The position numbers and the translations under genes are program-made. Below, one piece after another: positions 1 through 8,161 of a stretch of 32,000 nucleotides of DNA. Origin of the DNA: Candidatus Methylomirabilis oxygeniifera (GTDB taxonomy: Bacteria; Methylomirabilota; Methylomirabilia; Methylomirabilales; Methylomirabilaceae); assembly GCA_000091165.1 (NCBI GenBank), contig FP565575.1, forward strand, positions 1,830,001-1,862,000, given 5' to 3'. The notes beneath the pieces were generated by a model that saw only the letters and a program-made list of their open reading frames with translations, was not told the DNA's origin and did no database searches. Within the stretch, counting starts at the first letter, position 1. Each line of letters opens with the position of its first letter.

Positions 1-567
1 GGAGATCTTCCCTTACGACATTTCTCCACCGAGCTGAGTCTAGCCGTGGTATGACAAGGTGTCAAGGGGGAGGATGGGAGGCAACCTATACCGAGCACCG
101 GAGTTCTCGACCACCGAACCGGGTAAATTGTCCCAGGAATCCCATTCCTTGCGATCCTCGACGCACTATTATAAATTGCGTACCTCCATCGAGTTCTCCA
201 AGCACTGAGATGAACGGGATGCTCGTTGCAATCCCCACCCTTAAGAATTCTGTGAACACGATACTGCTTTCATCTTGACTCCTTACGGGTAGTCTCATGC
301 CTTTTCAGCATAGGTAGGATTTTTGGAGTGTAAGCTTAGGCAAATCGGGGTGTTTGAGCAGGCGACCTTCCTTAGACATGCATATTGTATCCACCTATCA
401 CCCATTATTACATATCCTACGCGCATATATTAGATGCTCTATTACTATTCTAGTATGTTTCCTATTTCCACATAATAAACAATCACAGTTAATAGTTTGT
501 TATTTTCTCAGTACCGTCTTATGGTATAGTTCTGTTTGGTAGTCTTCTCACCTGTCAACGCGGGAAT

Positions 568-3129
568 GTGATGGACCAACTGGTCAAGAGTCTCTTTACC
601 ATAATAGGCGGTTCGTCCGGGATGCGGTCTTCCGACCCCGACCAGCTCCTCGGAACCGTTCTGGATGAGGTCCTGAAGGCGGTTGACGATGCGGTCCTTG
701 GCTGGATCTGCCTGGTCCGCGATCTCTCGGACCATGTAAACCGATCTGCCGTCACAGCGTTGCCGCAGGACTCAATCTATCTTGCGGCCGTACGGCACAT
801 CGGTAAAGAGACTCCTGCGCCTGCCGCCGTCGCCTGCCCGGACTGCTCCTGCCGTCGGTTTCTCGCCGGCGCCGATTCGCCACCCAAGCACACCATCATC
901 GATCATTGTCCGCATCCAACCTTATCCGAGCCGTTGACCGGCGCTCACGCGTGCGTCTCCCTTTTTGCGCAGGATCGGCCGATCGGTGTGCTGAATGTCG
1001 CGAAGGCTGGGTCTGCGTCCTTCTCTGATAGTGAACGATTGTTCCTCCAGACTGTCGCGAGCCAACTGAGCGCCGTGCTGGAAACCGCCGGCCTGATCGG
1101 TGAGACGCAGGTCAGACTCAAAGAGACGCAGACACTGCTCGAAGTGACTCACTCCGCCAATTCCACCCTCGATCTGCAAGAGGCTATCCGACGTATCGCG
1201 CGAGCAGTCGCTCGTGTGGTTGCGGCCGATACTGCAGGCGCTTATCTGTTGGACAGCCATGACAGATATCTCGTTCCGTTTGCGGGCTATCATCTGCCGA
1301 AACACCTTTTAGAGCCGCTCAACAAAACATGGATTCCCGTCAAAGGATTTCAATTTGTTGAAGAAGCATTTACGACAAAGGCGGCCGTCTATGCCGATAA
1401 TACCGACACAGACACTCGATTGGATCATTCGGTCTTTCGCGTATTTTCTGCTAAATCAGGTCTTTTTGTTCCGATGCTCGCGAAGGATAGGATCGTAGGC
1501 GGGTTCTTCGTCATCTGGTGGACACATGAGCATCACTTTACTAAAGACGAGGTGCGTTTGGTTGATGTCATCGCTCGACAGACTGCGATCGCCATCGAGA
1601 ACGCCAAACTGTTTGAAGAGTCTCGCACACATGCTCAGGCTGCTAAGGCCTCAGAGGAGAAGTATCGACTGTTGGCTGAACACGTCCGCGACGTGATCTA
1701 TGCGTTGGACGCTGAGGGGCAATTTACGTACGTCAATACTCGAGTCATGGAAATACTCGGCTACACGCCGGAAGAGTTGTTGGGCCACCCGTATACGGAC
1801 ATCCTTACGCCGACAAGCCAGCGCCAGGTCCTGGAAATCTTTGCTGGGGCAGTCACAGGCAATGATCCGATCGGCTTCTGTGAGCTTGATATGGTGAAGA
1901 AAGAGGACGCCGTGTTGGTTCCGTTCGAGATCGGCATGGTGACGATTCGGGATGCTTTGGGCCGGCTGATCGGCTGGCATGGGATCGCGCGGGACGTGAC
2001 AGAACGGAAGCAGTTAGAACAGCAGCTTCTTCGGGCCGAAAAGCTCCGAGCCCTGGGTGAAATGGCGTCCGGGGTCGCCCATAATTTTAACAATGTCCTG
2101 GGCGCCATCCTGGGGCGGGCTCAAATCCTTCGTCGGGCGGTCCAGGATCCGGAGGCACAGCGGGGGCTCGATGCGATTGAAAAGGCGGCACTGGATGGGG
2201 CCAATATGATCCGTCGCCTTCAGCACTTCACACGCCAACGGCGAGACGAAGAGTTCTTCCCGGTGGATCTTAACCAGGCGGTCAAGGACGTGCTGGCCAT
2301 GACCGAGACCAAGTGGAAGGATGAGGCCAATCTCGCCGGAACAACGATCGAGGTGATAACCGGCTACGGTAAGATCTCCTCTGTCATGGGCAATATCTCA
2401 GAACTCCGGGAGGTCCTGACCAATCTGATCTTGAACGCCGTCGAGGCGATGCCGTACGGCGGCACGCTCGGCTTAAAGACTGAAGAGATCGATGGGTGGA
2501 TCTGCGCCAGCGTATCCGATACGGGAATCGGGATGACCGACGATGTGAAGTCGAAGGTGTTCGATCCGTTCTTTACCACGAAGGGGGTCAAGGGGACCGG
2601 ACTGGGACTCAATGTGTCGTATGGAATCATCAGAGGACATCATGGCGAGATCGCTGTGCAGAGCCGACCCGGGCAGGGTACGACCGTATCGATCAGGCTG
2701 CCGATTTCCTCCGAACTCCGATCGATTCCACAGCCCACACCGTCGCCATCCGTCAAAGCGGGACACATCCTGGTCATCGACGATGACGACTTGGTCCGCG
2801 AACTCCTCTCCGAACTCCTCCGTGCGGCCGGCCATACCGTTGTTCAAGCAGGGGGCGGCCTGGAAGGGATTCGTCTTTTCCAGCAAGGGAGCTTCCATCT
2901 TGTCCTGACCGACCTTGGTATGCCGGAGTGCTCAGGTTGGGAGGTGGCTTCGACCATCAAGAAGATCGCTCCTCGCACCCCTATTGTGCTTATCACCGGG
3001 TGGGCACTTACGCTCGATCGGACGAAGCTCAGGGAGGCCGGGATTGATCTGGTCTTGAATAAGCCGTTCCAAATCGTTGACGTCATGGCGCTCGTCGCGG
3101 AGGGGCTAGAGCTTCGCGAAAAGATCTAG
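568..3129 (+). CDS. Hybrid sensor histidine kinase / response regulator (GAF-GAF-PAS-HisKA-HATPase-REC)
   Basis: 853-aa ORF (GTG 568, ATG 571). It has two GAF-like segments and a PAS-like segment (EEKYRLLAEHVRDVIYALDAEGQFTYVN). H-box is GVAHNFNNVLGAI; ATPase G1/G2 boxes are DTGIGM and GTGLGL. A C-terminal receiver follows (ILVIDDDD, LVLTDLGMPE, NKPF). Confidence 0.9.
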   Translation: MMDQLVKSLFTIIGGSSGMRSSDPDQLLGTVLDEVLKAVDDAVLGWICLVRDLSDHVNRSAVTALPQDSIYLAAVRHIGKETPAPAAVACPDCSCRRFLAGADSPPKHTIIDHCPHPTLSEPLTGAHACVSLFAQDRPIGVLNVAKAGSASFSDSERLFLQTVASQLSAVLETAGLIGETQVRLKETQTLLEVTHSANSTLDLQEAIRRIARAVARVVAADTAGAYLLDSHDRYLVPFAGYHLPKHLLEPLNKTWIPVKGFQFVEEAFTTKAAVYADNTDTDTRLDHSVFRVFSAKSGLFVPMLAKDRIVGGFFVIWWTHEHHFTKDEVRLVDVIARQTAIAIENAKLFEESRTHAQAAKASEEKYRLLAEHVRDVIYALDAEGQFTYVNTRVMEILGYTPEELLGHPYTDILTPTSQRQVLEIFAGAVTGNDPIGFCELDMVKKEDAVLVPFEIGMVTIRDALGRLIGWHGIARDVTERKQLEQQLLRAEKLRALGEMASGVAHNFNNVLGAILGRAQILRRAVQDPEAQRGLDAIEKAALDGANMIRRLQHFTRQRRDEEFFPVDLNQAVKDVLAMTETKWKDEANLAGTTIEVITGYGKISSVMGNISELREVLTNLILNAVEAMPYGGTLGLKTEEIDGWICASVSDTGIGMTDDVKSKVFDPFFTTKGVKGTGLGLNVSYGIIRGHHGEIAVQSRPGQGTTVSIRLPISSELRSIPQPTPSPSVKAGHILVIDDDDLVRELLSELLRAAGHTVVQAGGGLEGIRLFQQGSFHLVLTDLGMPECSGWEVASTIKKIAPRTPIVLITGWALTLDRTKLREAGIDLVLNKPFQIVDVMALVAEGLELREKI

Positions 3130-3162
3130 CAGAGTGTGAGGGCCGCACACACTCTGCTAGAT
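3122..3162. terminator. Perfect 17-bp inverted repeat hairpin between convergent genes (probable bidirectional terminator, no U-tract)
   Basis: AGATCTAGCAGAGTGTG (3122-3138), loop AGGGCCG, CACACTCTGCTAGATCT (3146-3162). The left arm contains the kinase stop codon TAG (3127-3129). The opposing gene stops at 3178. Confidence 0.6.
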
Positions 3163-3177
3163 CTGTACCGCGTTGTG

Positions 3178-5631
3178 TCAATTGGCCCGCTTGGCAAGCC
3201 ATTCGGAGATGATCGGCCAGATCTCCCGTTGAGCTCGACGACTCGTCATGATCCGCGCATGGCTGTAATCCTCTCCGTACCCTTCGGATTTGGCGCAGAA
3301 CATCATCTGCTTATCCTGACCGCCTAACGCATTGTAAAGTCGGCGACATCCCTCATACGGAGCAATGAACCGGTCGCCTCCTCCGGCAACACAAAGCGCG
3401 GGAACAGTGACCTGTCCGAGACCATCGAGGTAGTCGAAACCGTCGTGTCCGGTCCACCGACCGTTCCAATTCCAGCGAAACCACTGATTCATCACGCCGC
3501 GAAATTCATTTTCCGGCCCCAACTTGAACAATGGTCCCGGCGCATATCCGAGCAGATTGTTACCTACAGCGCTCAGGGCGATCTTTGCCCAGCCTGACCA
3601 GGTCATCCCCGCATCCGTTGCCTGGCTGGCCAGCGTGACGATACCCTTGACCCGCATGAGCGCTTCAGGATGTCGCGCCAGGTGCATAAGAAGCACGAGG
3701 CCGCCGCCGCTGTGTCCGACCCAGAAGAGCGGTTTGTTCTGAGTGTTGTGCCGCACCGCGCCAAGCGCCGCCGGGACATCCAGTTCGCTGAATCGCTCGA
3801 AGTCCGGGTGAGTAGGCCCTACCTCGCTTCGACCGTGGCCCCTGAGCTCCAGGACCCAGCAGTCAAAGCCGTTTTCGGCAAGGTATGTAGCGAGTCTTTT
3901 ACAGGTCTGAGCGTTTGAAAATGTTCCGTGAGAGAGAACGACGGGAGAGTCGTGCCAGACATCGCCGCATACCCTCAGCAGTGAGAGTTCAACACGATCG
4001 CTGGTCAGCTCTCGATACCATGTGAGTGTGGTTGATTCACGTTGCCGTCGGATCGGAGGTCTGAGATCAGAGACGACGCCTTCGGATCGACTTCCCACTT
4101 CCACGCTGAGGCGAGCTTCTTCTGTATCCCGTTCTTGCCGGATCACTGTACCTGTGGGCGGTTGCGACGCCAGTAGGAACGCAACTTCCTGGACGGACGG
4201 CGCCGGACTTTTCTCCTTCCTCATCTCCTCTGTCCGCTCGTACGCGAGCAAGCCCTGGATCAATGGGGTATAGAACACCCCGTCGCCCACCAGCGTCACC
4301 TTATTGCGATCGACCTCAGCCCATCCTTTCTCGACGAGCGCCTGCCAGATATCGGCGTACTCCTCCAGGAGGTTGACCCTGAAAAGCTCATTGTATAGAG
4401 CGACATCGACGCTCATGCTCTGGAGCATCTGGAAAAGGGTGGCAATCCCCAGATCCTTATGTGTGTAGTGGAATCCTCTTTCAGTCGGGAATCGACTTTC
4501 GTCAAGACGGCCAAAGTACTCTCCCGCTTTGGTGGAGTTCATATAGATCCATCCCGGCATTTCCGGGGTCCCTGGAAAATAAGTGACGCCGGCGAACCCC
4601 CAGCCCCACATATCGTACCCGACAATTCCGTGATCTGCGTCGCGGGCAAACGCCTGCCGCATATTTTCCTCGAACCGATACTCGCCTGAAAGTCCAGGGG
4701 TCGTTTTCTCCCAGTCGTAGGCGGTCACCTGTCGGTACCCACGGCTTTCCAGAAACTGTTTGGAGACGCGGTACATCTCAAGATTCTGCTCAGTCGAAGG
4801 AAGTTCGTCCCGCCTATGGCGTGCGAAATCGGTCCGGCCGGCGACATTCAGCTCGTAGTGCGTAATATGACCGATGCCTGTTCCGACGATCGCCTCCAGG
4901 TCCTTCAGCATCAATTCAGTCGTCTGTTGCGGCCACCCGAAGATCAGATCGACGCTGCTCCGGAGCCCGAGTTCCTCGCACCACTGGAGCGTCTGAAACG
5001 CGTGTCTGGCCTTCTGCTTCCGTCCGCTCAGCTTGATCATCTCGTCATCAAGCTGCTGTACGCCCATGCTGATCCGGTTGATCCCGGCTGCTTTCATCGC
5101 AGCAAGTTTCTCTCTGGTAAAAAGCTGGGGAATCCCTTCTAGTGTGATTTCGATGCCGGGAGGAATCGTAGGGAAGACGTCTCGTACGATCCGCATGAGC
5201 CTGTGGTAATCGTCCGGCCTGTAGAGGTTCGAGGTGCCTCCCCCAAAATAGATGCCGGCGAGCTGTTCGTCCTCAAGAAAATGTTGATACCGTCGCCCTT
5301 CCGACTCCAGATACTTCAGATAGCTGTCGAGTTGGGTTTGCCCCTGATACACTTCACTGGGAAACAGGCAGTAGCCGCACCGTTCAGGATTGGTGGGAAG
5401 GCAGTAGGGTGTACCGATATACACGTTGAGCCGCTTTGGTATCGCCGCATTTGCCATCCTCCGCTCGACCATGACCTCCTTTATCGGCACATCCCGCTCC
5501 AGCCAAAAGAGCGGGGAAGGATGAGCGTGCAGGACCCTGTTGCTCTGTCGCCGCGTCCGCTGCTTCTCGATGTAGTCATATGCCCCGTTGACGTGATGAC
5601 CGTAAGTTGCCTGACCGCTTACGCTGCTCAT
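3178..5631 (-). CDS. Fusion protein: N-terminal HemN/HemW-like radical SAM domain + C-terminal alpha/beta-fold hydrolase
   Basis: 817-aa ORF with a strong SD (AAGGAGGAGG 5 nt before the ATG at 5631). HemN-family motifs are present: cluster loop CLPTNPERCGYC, GGGT (IYFGGGTSNL), GINRISMGVQ, DLIFGWPQQT, HITHYEL. After a roughly 70-aa linker comes a hydrolase with VVLSHGTFSN, LELRGHGRS and the nucleophile elbow GHSGG. Confidence 0.85.
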   Translation of the reverse strand: MSSVSGQATYGHHVNGAYDYIEKQRTRRQSNRVLHAHPSPLFWLERDVPIKEVMVERRMANAAIPKRLNVYIGTPYCLPTNPERCGYCLFPSEVYQGQTQLDSYLKYLESEGRRYQHFLEDEQLAGIYFGGGTSNLYRPDDYHRLMRIVRDVFPTIPPGIEITLEGIPQLFTREKLAAMKAAGINRISMGVQQLDDEMIKLSGRKQKARHAFQTLQWCEELGLRSSVDLIFGWPQQTTELMLKDLEAIVGTGIGHITHYELNVAGRTDFARHRRDELPSTEQNLEMYRVSKQFLESRGYRQVTAYDWEKTTPGLSGEYRFEENMRQAFARDADHGIVGYDMWGWGFAGVTYFPGTPEMPGWIYMNSTKAGEYFGRLDESRFPTERGFHYTHKDLGIATLFQMLQSMSVDVALYNELFRVNLLEEYADIWQALVEKGWAEVDRNKVTLVGDGVFYTPLIQGLLAYERTEEMRKEKSPAPSVQEVAFLLASQPPTGTVIRQERDTEEARLSVEVGSRSEGVVSDLRPPIRRQRESTTLTWYRELTSDRVELSLLRVCGDVWHDSPVVLSHGTFSNAQTCKRLATYLAENGFDCWVLELRGHGRSEVGPTHPDFERFSELDVPAALGAVRHNTQNKPLFWVGHSGGGLVLLMHLARHPEALMRVKGIVTLASQATDAGMTWSGWAKIALSAVGNNLLGYAPGPLFKLGPENEFRGVMNQWFRWNWNGRWTGHDGFDYLDGLGQVTVPALCVAGGGDRFIAPYEGCRRLYNALGGQDKQMMFCAKSEGYGEDYSHARIMTSRRAQREIWPIISEWLAKRAN

Positions 5632-6063
5632 GGTACCTCCTCCTTCTGCATAGCCCGCCCTCCGATCTGGAGGAACGGGGATGGCTGGTCGGACCCGGTC
5701 CAGGCTCTGAACAGAGCCTTCCAGCGTTGATCGAGTGAAGTGACATTTTTTCTTAGTCTTAGAATGGTGTCATAAGGTCGCTATGAGTGAGCGCCTCAGT
5801 GATACGAATAACCTATTTAACTGGATACAATGCGCGAGACAGCAGTTGTTATTGAGGATAAAGCAGGTGGGTATATGCAAGAGCGGTGCTACGTATGGTC
5901 GAGCAAAGTACATTAATATCTAATTGATGCAGATGTATCAGATAAAGACATGATCGGACCAGAGTAACCTATACGATCGAAGCGTACAGGGCGACTCAGG
6001 CACGGCGGATCGGATTGAATTGGAGGATTGGGATATGAAAAAACGAGGGGAGCGGGGAGAGGC

Positions 6064-6903
6064 TTAACCTGGGAGGAACTCCGGACGGATTCGCGTGGTG
6101 ATCACACCCTGTTCCCAGGCCATATTAAGAAGACGTTCAAGGCCCTGTCGGCTTTCCTGATTCCAGGCGCGAGTGTCCTCATTGACATACATACCGACGA
6201 ATCGGTCGGCCAGCGTCGCCTCCATACCGCGGCCAAACTGTATCGCGTAATCGAGCGCCTGCTGTCGGTGCGCCAAGCCATAGTCGATGCTGGCCTGAAG
6301 GTAGTTCGAAACTTCCAGACAACACGACTCACCAAGGTCCTTACGGATGGCGTTCGCCCCGAGCGGCAACGGCAATGCGGTCTGCTCGTACCACCAGGCA
6401 CCGAGGTCCACCAACTTAGTGAAACCACCGGCCTCGAAGGTGAGCTGGCCCTCGTGGATGACCAGTCCGGCATCCGCCTCGCCCCTGTCGACTGCGTCGA
6501 ACACCTGATCAAAAGGGACCTCAACGGCTTGAAACTCACTCAGGTACAGCCGCAGCGCGAGGAATGCCGTCGTCAACATACCGGGAACGGCAATTCGCTT
6601 ACCACGAAGCTCGGCAGGATCGAACCTCCGCTTCGCCACAATGATCGGTCCATAGTTCCGTCCGATGCTGGCGCCATGGGGCAACAGGATGTAGCGGTCG
6701 GCTACATAGGTATAGGCATGAACCGAAAGCGCGGTCACCTCCAGCCTGCCTTCCAGCGCCCACCTGTTCAACGTGTCGATCGCTTCGAGGATGTGCTGGA
6801 AGCGAAACCGACCCGTATCGAATCGCTCCTTGGCCAAGGCGTAAAACATGAATGCATCATCCGGATCCGGACTATGTCCGATCCGGATAAGACGTGTCTC
6901 CAT
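6064..6903 (-). CDS. MqnA/MqnD-family (VitK2_biosynth-like, futalosine-pathway menaquinone biosynthesis) protein
   Basis: The N-terminus IRIGHSPDPDDAFMFYAL resembles the MqnD-type SPCPND motif, and the length suggests a periplasmic-binding-protein-like fold. The ORF is open to 6993, but the ATG at 6903 is preceded by an AGGA-containing SD and begins METRLIRIGHS. I cannot separate MqnA from MqnD by eye. Confidence 0.75.
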   Translation of the reverse strand: METRLIRIGHSPDPDDAFMFYALAKERFDTGRFRFQHILEAIDTLNRWALEGRLEVTALSVHAYTYVADRYILLPHGASIGRNYGPIIVAKRRFDPAELRGKRIAVPGMLTTAFLALRLYLSEFQAVEVPFDQVFDAVDRGEADAGLVIHEGQLTFEAGGFTKLVDLGAWWYEQTALPLPLGANAIRKDLGESCCLEVSNYLQASIDYGLAHRQQALDYAIQFGRGMEATLADRFVGMYVNEDTRAWNQESRQGLERLLNMAWEQGVITTRIRPEFLPG

Positions 6904-7176
6904 ATATTGTCCGTCCTGTAGTCCTGTCATGGGGTATCCCAGAAATCGCCTAATGCTGAGATCATTCGGACTGAGCCCGTCGAAGCCCCACACGTCCCTG
7001 TCGACAAGCCCAGGGTGAGCGGAATGTGTGCACGAATCCCGAGGATCAACATAAGTCTACGTTATTCAGGATCTCATGACCACCGTTTTTCTTCGTTCTC
7101 CTTTATACATCGGGATTGAGGTGGGCGCAAGGGGTGATTGAAGATTCGTCCGCTTTTAGCGGTTGACTGATTATTC

Positions 7177-7205
7177 TTGACAAATGCGCGAGCGGTGACT
7201 ATTAT
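7177..7205 (+). promoter_or_regulatory. Near-consensus sigma-70-type promoter
   Basis: TTGACA (7177-7182), a 17-nt spacer, then TATTAT (7200-7205). Confidence 0.5.
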
Positions 7206-7252
7206 GAACCGTTTGTTGGTCTGAGGGCTTCGTTGACGTTTTTTTGAAAGCA

Positions 7253-7281
7253 CCGCGAGGACCAGGGGCTCGCGGTTTTTT
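7253..7281 (+). terminator. Intrinsic terminator / attenuator upstream of rpsU
   Basis: CCGCGAG (7253-7259), a 9-nt loop, CTCGCGG (7269-7275), then TTTTTT (7276-7281). The U-tract is present only on the + strand. Confidence 0.6.
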
Positions 7282-7337
7282 CGTTTCTAAGACCCTGATC
7301 ATATCAGCAGAAACCGACGCTGTGATGAAGAGGGATA

Positions 7338-7619
7338 ATGGCTCTTGACGATATTACAGAGGATACGATCGGGGGTTCGAGGCCCGATAAAGGCGGTCGA
7401 CATCGCCCTCTCGAGGTCAAGGTAGACGGTCGAGGGGTCGAATCGGCTATTCGGCTCTTCAAGAAGCTCGTTCTGCGCGATGGGATTCTCAAGGAACTGA
7501 AGCGAAGAGCGCATTACGAGAAGCCGGGGGAGAAGCGTCGCCGAAAGGTTCGAGAGGCCGCGCGCAGGCTTCGCCGTCAGGCGGCTCGCGCGGTTCGCCG
7601 CGACCAGTCGGAATTCTGA
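7338..7619 (+). CDS. rpsU: 30S ribosomal protein S21 (with about 25-aa N-terminal extension)
   Basis: The core EVKVDGRGVESAIRLFKKLVLRDGILKELKRRAHYEKPGEKRRRK matches the S21 family pattern, and the tail is basic. SD GAGGG lies before the ATG at 7338. There is no in-frame ATG/GTG/TTG closer to the conserved core. Confidence 0.9.
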   Translation: MALDDITEDTIGGSRPDKGGRHRPLEVKVDGRGVESAIRLFKKLVLRDGILKELKRRAHYEKPGEKRRRKVREAARRLRRQAARAVRRDQSEF

Positions 7620-7736
7620 GTCTCCCAAAGATTCGGGAGGAGAAAGCCGGCCATGGACGACGGGACCATGGCGACGGCGTCAATTGAACTGCCCGTAAAA
7701 AGTCGGCCCGAGGCCGACGAAAGGAGTTTCGAGAGC

Positions 7737-8075
7737 ATGGGGACACGAGTGTATGTGGGCAATCTCCCGTTTGATACGGATGAAGCTGCGCTCCGCACCC
7801 TCTTCGAAGAGGGTGGACGTCGGGTCGCTGATGTGAAGATCATTACCGACCGGGATACCGGACGAGCCCGTGGCTTTGCCTTCGTTGAGATGGAGAATCA
7901 AAGCGACGCCCAGGCTGCTATCCAGGCATTGAACGGACGACAGGTCGGGGGTCGCGCCCTGACAGTCAATGAGGCGAAAGAGCAGGCCCCTCGCCGGGGA
8001 GGCGGAGGCGGAGGCGGATTTCGCAGTGGTGGTGGTGGTGGCGGTGGTGGTGGCCGCAGGCCCCGCGGCTATTAG
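7737..8075 (+). CDS. RRM-type RNA-binding protein with glycine-rich C-terminal tail
   Basis: RNP2 is VYVGNL and RNP1 is RGFAFVEM, followed by a GGGGGGGFRSGGGGGGGGGRR tail. SD AAAGGAG lies 10 nt before the ATG at 7737. The ORF is open from 7653, but that extension lacks an SD and any homology-like sequence. Confidence 0.9.
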   Translation: MGTRVYVGNLPFDTDEAALRTLFEEGGRRVADVKIITDRDTGRARGFAFVEMENQSDAQAAIQALNGRQVGGRALTVNEAKEQAPRRGGGGGGGFRSGGGGGGGGGRRPRGY

Positions 8076-8102
8076 TTAGATAGGCAGCGCGCAATCTTCA
8101 AA

Positions 8103-8139
8103 GAGCAGGCCCGGGTGGATCAGGCCTGCTCGGTTTTTT
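8103..8139 (+). terminator. Intrinsic terminator after the RRM gene
   Basis: GAGCAGGCC (8103-8111) pairs with GGCCTGCTC (8123-8131), followed by GG and TTTTTT (8134-8139). Confidence 0.7.
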
Positions 8140-8161
8140 CAGCACAGCTTGACTCTGATCG

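Noticed and set aside
1-340. Possible group II intron 5' end (GTGCG on the minus strand near 162-166) or tmRNA (CTCCACC near 24-30; an ...LSLAVV stop reading frame)
   Set aside because: Only a 5-mer or 7-mer matches. I could fold no domain V-like hairpin, no T-arm (GGTTCGAATCC-like) and no acceptor pairing. This is too weak to call.
6035-6067. 10-codon mini-ORF (MKKRGERGEA) preceded by GGAGGA
   Set aside because: It is too short to evaluate, it overlaps the 3' end of the Mqn-family gene, and nothing supports it beyond the SD-like sequence.
6028-6921. 297-aa plus-strand ORF overlapping the Mqn-family gene
   Set aside because: It is a shadow ORF. The minus-strand product carries the family motif and a proper SD and start.
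6904-6993. N-terminal ORF extensions: Mqn-family to 6993, RRM to 7653, ABC ATPase to 14441, pyrC to 20208, pyrD to 30056
   Set aside because: In each case an internal start has a better SD and/or a stop-start overlap with the upstream gene, and it aligns with the conserved N-terminus of the family. The extensions are low-complexity.
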